Of a stretch of DNA of 64,000 bases, positions 57,148 through 64,000 are shown in pieces. The notes below the pieces were generated by a model that worked only from the letters and a program-made list of their open reading frames with translations, ran no database searches and was not told where the DNA came from. Origin of the DNA: the human T2T-CHM13v2.0 reference genome, Homo sapiens; assembly GCF_009914755.1 (NCBI RefSeq), contig NC_060937.1; one strand, written 5' to 3'. A program made the position numbers and the translations under genes. The first letter of the stretch is position 1, and each line of letters opens with the position of its first letter.

Positions 57148-59631
57148 GTATGGTTATATTCTGCTAACTCCCTTCTCAAAAGTTATAGAATGACCTTTCT
57201 TAAGCGTGTACAGAATGCCCTGTTCAATTACAAACTGTTGCTAACTTATGCATGTTGGAGTTCCTACCAACACAATCAGCTTTAAATACACTGTATATTC
57301 TAACACCCAGTACCAGTTATGACTCAGTTAACCTGAGGTTAAATATACTTTTTAAAAATTTTATAATTTTTCCCTTTTAATTTTAGTGCTTTAAGTTTTT
57401 CACCTCCTCTAAATTAATACTTCAATTAATTCCATTGTTCTTGAATATTTAAGAAGTTTATTTACCTTCAGTCTTAAATATAATATTTTCTCCATGTAGC
57501 CTACTTTCACTCCATTTCACCCCAGTTGCCATCGTTCAGGCAGTTGCCATAGTTCAGGTCACTTCTCACTTAGGTGATTCATTCGGCAGCTCTGTTCCAG
57601 TTTCTTCTTTTCTGATCACAGATCACATTGCTTAAAAAGACCTCACTGGTTCCACATTGCCTGCAAATGGCATCCCCCAACTCAGTCTTCAGATCTTGTA
57701 AGATCATGCCTCAGCATTCTAGTATTACCAGACAATTTATTTGTCCTTCTCTGTCCCACCAGTGCAGCAATTCTACCCGTGCCTATGCTTTTCCTGTTCC
57801 CTCTGACTTCAGTGATTCCTCCCCCATCTATCACGGTGGGAATCCTACCAATTCTTCAAAGCTTATTTCAGATAACCCATTTTTTTCCAGCTTCTTTCAT
57901 TCACAAAGTATGGATTGAGTTCCCACCATGTGTTAAGCACAAGAAATTCAGAGGTGAATGTGTATGTATATAATTTCCCTCAAGATATTCCTGACGTCGT
58001 TCAGCCCAATTTCATGTGGGCTACTTTTTATAACTACATACTCCCTAAGTCTTCAAAGGTGCATTGTTCTTGCTGTGTTGTCACTCCCATCCACACTCCC
58101 AGTCCTCCCTGGAAAGCTACCACTCCTGACAGCAGTGTGCAGTGTCCATCCCCTAGGCATGACAGAGCAGGGGAGACAGACTGCTAAACAGGTGCACAGC
58201 GGTGCCATGATAGAGGTGAGCACTGGTAGGGGTTGGGGGAAGAGAGGACACAAATGAATTCAGATGTTGCCTTATTGATTTATGGGCATGTGGGTTAATT
58301 CATAGTGTAAATATTCCTCCCCGTCTCCCCTGATCCCCAGGGAGAGTTTAGTTTGAGAAGAGGAAAGCCAAGAATAGAGTCCTGGGAAAATGTTAAAATT
58401 CAAGGTTTAACCAATAAAGACTGAGAGCATTCTTAAGTAAAGGAGAATCAGGAGTCAGTGATGTTATAAAAACCAAGCAGAAGAGAGTTTCAAGACAGAT
58501 GCTTTGACACGTCCTATACTGTAGAGAGGTCAAGTCAAAGAAGAATTGAAAAGTGATGGTTCAATTTGTTAACTTGGAGGTCATTTGGTCCCATTGATGT
58601 GAGTAGTTTCAGTGTGGGGCAGGCTGGGGGCAGGCATTAGGCTGTACTGTGAATGCAAAGTGAAAGGCAGGCAGAGACAAGGTAGGTAACTGTTTTCTAA
58701 AAGCTTGGCTGTTAAAAGGAGAACAGAGATAGCTAGTAAAATGTTTCATCCAGAAGAGAATTTTAGTTTTGTTGTTGTTCTTTTGTTGTGTTTTAAAAAT
58801 GATTTTGAATGCATTTATATGAAGAGAGGAGGAATAGTTAGAACCAAAAGTTGAAGACTCAGGAGAGAGAGGGAATGACCGATGAAGCATGATTGCTGAG
58901 TAAGCTGACGGGTGTAGGAATCAGAGCGCAGGTTAAGAGATCAGCATTGAACGGGAGACAGAAAGCTTACAGAGGCAGGTGTGACCAGGAAGTTTATATA
59001 TTTCAAAACCAAATACTGTTTTCTCATTGAAATTGAAGGATAAGGTTATTTGCTGTGAGTGAAAGTTGAGGATGGTTAATAGTGGCTTCTATAGAAAAAG
59101 ATAATCGAAACTGAACAGGGACCTATAGATGATTACTAAGTAGTGAGTGGTGTCTACCAAAGATTGGAGATCAAGTTTAGTAATGTCGTTACTTGCTGTG
59201 CTTATAACATTTTCTTTAAGTGGGAGTAGAGAACAAACAAATGAATTGATCCAGGGTTGGTGGTTTATAGGGCATATTGGACAGAAAGAGAAAGGGAGAG
59301 ATTGCTAGATATTTGAGGGATTGTTAACTCATCCATCTCCCTGCTCTTCTCAGTTTTTGAGACTACAGTACAAAGAGTAGGGGACAGCTTTGGCTGAACA
59401 GGATCCAACAACCACTAAATGCAGAGCTTCTGATGAATTGTTGGAGACCTAAGGCCAAAACCTTGCTTATTCCTTCTTTCTTCCACTTGAAGGTGGGGTA
59501 GGGTGAGATAGAAAGAACTTCACCAGTCCTACTAGTAGGATTAGCCACTTGCTTTTCCCTGAGCAGTGAAGAATAATCGTCTCTCTGCTGGAGCCTCATG
59601 GAGGGTGAATAAGGTTTTCCCCCAATCAACA

Positions 59632-59920
59632 TTTATTTGTTTTTTAATGCTTTTTATTTTTTTAATGACACACAATGATTGTACATATTTGTAGGATACA
59701 TAGTGATGTTTCGATATATGCAATGTACAGTGATCAGATCAAGGTAATTAGGATATCCATCATCTCAAACATCAACCATTTCTTTGTGTTGCACACATTC
59801 AATATTTTCCTGTGGCTGTTTGAAGCTATATAATATGTTATTGTTAACTATAGTCATCCTACGGTGCTATAGAACACTGAAAATTATTCTTCCTATTTAG
59901 CTAGAATTTTGTATCCTTTA
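59632..59920 (-). mobile_element. L1MA-type 3' end fragment
   Basis: attgtacatatttgtaggatacatagtgatgtttcgata...gtgatcagatcaaggtaattag. Confidence 0.82.
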
Positions 59921-60133
59921 AGAGTTTAATCTGAAAGAGGGTTTCAGAATTTAAGATTTGAAGCATGCATTAATTTCTGGTGAAGACAAGGTCTAGGGTT
60001 TTGGAGTAGGAAATTATTCAAATCCTTATACAGGTCTTTCTTGGCCCTTCAGCTGGGCTTGTGATCTCTCCTGTAATGTCTTTCTTACAGAATTTAGCAT
60101 ATGCTGCCTTATACTTAGTTAAGTATTTATTTT

Positions 60134-60392
60134 TGACCAGGCACAGTGGCTCACACCTGTAATCCCAACACTTTGAGAGGCTGAAGCAGGAGGATTACTT
60201 GAGGCCAGGAGTTTGAGACCAGCCTGGGGAACATAGATTCCCATCTCTACAACAAATACAAAAATTAGCTGGGTATGGTGGCATGCACCTATAGTCCCAG
60301 CCACTCAGGAGGCTGATTGCTTGAGGAGTTTGAGGCTCTAGTGAGCCATGATCCCAGCCTGGGCAACAGAGTGAGACCCTGTCTAAAAAAAA
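60134..60392 (+). mobile_element. AluJ with internal deletions
   Basis: Dimer with shortened right arm. Confidence 0.88.
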
Positions 60393-60401
60393 TTTTTTTT
60401 T

Positions 60402-60715
<314 letters not shown>

Positions 60716-60926
60716 TTATTTTTATTATAACCTCCTTGAGGATAGGGACTCTGTCATACCTTTTTAATCTTATGGTGCCTTATCCATAAGTATTTGTTGA
60801 TTTTAACTAATAAGATGAATGTTTATTTTAGGCATGAGAAGACTTTTTGTTGAAATATTTTGAAGAAGTTTCTTCATTCAACCAAATACTATTTTTTTAG
60901 TTTACTGGACTAGAAATATAGGGACT

Positions 60927-61263
<337 letters not shown>

Positions 61264-62102
61264 TGTAGGGACTAAAAAGTTAGGCAGATTGCTTAGGGTT
61301 TTAGAGCAAATGAATTTGGTAGAACTTTCCAGGGTATAAAATGGAGCAAGAGACATGTTTTCAACCAGTAATTGACAAACCTTCCTCTCTTTAAATATTT
61401 AAATATCTTACCTTCCTCAATTATTGTGACTGCTACTGATGCTGTTATTGTGGCTGGTTTGTGTCAGAGGCTAATGGTGCAGTTTGGTGTATTATGGCTG
61501 GAGGATCCAGGAATGGCCAAATTCGACTTCATTTCAGCCATCCCTCCTCTTGCTGAAGTTTCTAAGGGTGATATATTGACAAAGTACAATAGTGGGTGGA
61601 AACTACATAAACGGTAAATGGAAAATGGAAAACCTGTGCTTTGCCTGAAAACCCAGTGCTGAACTCTCTGGTAAAATGGGTTCTAGAGATCAGGGCAGTG
61701 ATTGACCTAGCCTGGGAAGTTCCTCAGTGTCATTTCCACGACATTCAGTTGGTATTCAATTGGTATGAATGAGTCACTAAGGCCAGCCAGGCTTCAAGGG
61801 GGGCCACAGACATTAAGACAGTCGTGTCAGAGGATTTGGGACATGATTTAAAACCTACACACAGTAAGATTACTCTTCCTTTCTTGTGCAGTCTCTCACT
61901 CCCATCTCTGGAGTTAATAACTTTGTTTTTTCAGTTATCTAAATTGCCTCAGGTATTCTATTAGTTTTCTATTGCTGTATAACAACCAACCACAAACTTA
62001 GTGGCTTAAAAAAACAAAGCCCATTTATCTCAGTTTTTATAGGCCACACAGTATTGCTAGATTCTTCTGCTCCAGGTCTTACAATATAAATAAATAGATA
62101 TG

Positions 62103-62543
<441 letters not shown>

Positions 62544-62730
62544 TCAAATTAAGCTAATTTTAGCCATAGTTTGAGTTTATGATTACACAAGTGTCTTCTG
62601 CCATAATAAAACTTACTAACAATGAAAGTATTTTTTTGTGATTTTAGGTGGCAGTGATGCAATCAGGGAATGGAAAAGGACAATTTCTGACAGGATTTAG
62701 GTTAATGTTTATTAATATATTTGTAGTTCA

Positions 62731-63004
62731 AGCCAGGCATGGTGGCTCATGCCTGTAATCCCAACACTTTGGGAGGCCGAGGTGGGAGAATCACTTGAGC
62801 CCAAGAGTTTAAGACCAGCCTGGGCAAAATGGCGAAACCCCATCTCTACAAAAAATGAAAAAATTAACTGAGCATCGTGGTGCATGCCTGTAGTCAAAGC
62901 TACTCAGGAGGCTGAGGTGGGAGGATCTCTTGAGCGGAGGTTGCAGTAAGCCAAGATCGCACCACTGCACTCCAGTCTGGGTGGCAGAGAAAGACCCTGT
63001 CTCA

Positions 63005-63044
<40 letters not shown>

Positions 63045-63069
63045 AAGAGAGAGAGAAAAAGAAAAAAAA
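62731..63069 (+). mobile_element. AluJ with long A tail
   Basis: Dimer, A37 then GA-rich; TSD taat.tatttgtagtt.aag. Confidence 0.93.
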
Positions 63070-63479
63070 TAATAATTTATTTGTAGTTTAAGTTCTACCA
63101 TGGCATTTTCTATGATTGTTAAATCAATAAAATGTTCTTTTTTGTTGTTCATTTTAAAAAATTCATTTTAAAAATTTGATTTCTATCTGCATGGTGTTCT
63201 GGAAGTTTCATTTTTATCTTTAACATAGCCCTATGCTGTATGTGAATGTATTCCTCCCAGATGAGGCTAGAGAGAATTGATCTCCTTTTGGTCACACTGA
63301 TGCCACCCTGGGAAAGGGCTCCCAGACCTCCTGATGTTTAATCTAAGGCTCTTTCCAATCAGACAGAGTCCTTTCTATCTGGGTAGTCTCTGCCTCTACT
63401 GTTCTCTTTCTTCCTCAAACACTGCTCTCTTTTCTCACTAATCATGATATGTCTATCCCCAGATTTGTTTTTATTTACC

Positions 63480-63700
63480 CAATTTGTAGAGGATAGGAGC
63501 TTAGACCATGAAAGTCAAACAGCCTGGGTTTGGGTCCTGACTTGGCTACATCCAGTTATGTGACCTTGGACAAATGGGTTAACCTTTCTAAATCCCAGTT
63601 TCCTCAACAGTCATTGAGAATAACAAGAGTACCTGCCTCATAGGATTATAAGGATTAAATTAAATGTGATAATACACCACAATACCTGCAGTTTAATAAA
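63480..63700. mobile_element. MIR SINE
   Basis: cctgggtttgggtcc...tgtgaccttggacaa...cagtttcctca...gtacctgcctcataggattataaggattaaat. Confidence 0.75.
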
Positions 63701-64000
63701 AGTGGCAGTTATTCTCCCGAGTTTATCATCTCCCTATTTCCAAGTAGCAGTATGTTGCCGATTCCTGAAAGTTTGGGAATTTGGAAGAAGAATGTGGATG
63801 AACTTTATCTTGAGAAAACATTCCATGCTGCTTATCTTTCAGAGATATAGCAAAGATTTATTTCCACTTTTATCTCATATTAATAACTATGACTGGGAAT
63901 AATAAATGAAATTATAATCTGACCATGTTAGGTAAATGTTATTTGCGAAAGAAGAGCTATTTAATGATATGAAAGTCATCACAATCACATGGCATATGTT

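Noticed and set aside
54998-57285. ORF-track proteins 54998-55210 and 57007-57285 as standalone genes
   Set aside because: Only the splice-delimited parts are DGKH coding; the extensions are intronic read-through.
57523-57558. 18-bp tandem repeat cagttgccat(c/a)gttcagg with RFX half sites; also a ~24-bp AT-rich duplication at ~4777-4821
   Set aside because: Short slippage duplications; half sites only and no further support.

Overview
Human/primate genomic DNA, almost entirely intronic. The only supportable coding sequence is two small plus-strand, phase-0 exons (54974-55084 and 57067-57147) encoding the N-terminal part of the PH domain of diacylglycerol kinase eta (DGKH). The first ~55 kb is therefore most likely the distal part of the large upstream intron. 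The rest is a typical mammalian repeat landscape: about 16 Alus, a nested ~7.5 kb L1/MaLR/Alu mosaic (14.1-21.8 kb), MER47A/MER1A/MER3 DNA transposons, MaLR LTRs, L2/MIR relics and microsatellites. I see no evidence of a new multi-gene system. The features most worth a second look are: (i) a ~270-bp non-repeat-looking segment duplicated on both sides of the first coding exon, with one copy interrupting an L2; (ii) a compact CpG-rich YY1/ETS promoter-like element at ~11.0 kb with an antisense Kozak-context ATG; (iii) a nearby double hairpin with mutually complementary loops; (iv) a triplicated retrotransposon target site; (v) a palindromic patchwork insertion at ~56.35 kb. Repeat subfamily names and boundaries were called by eye and are approximate.
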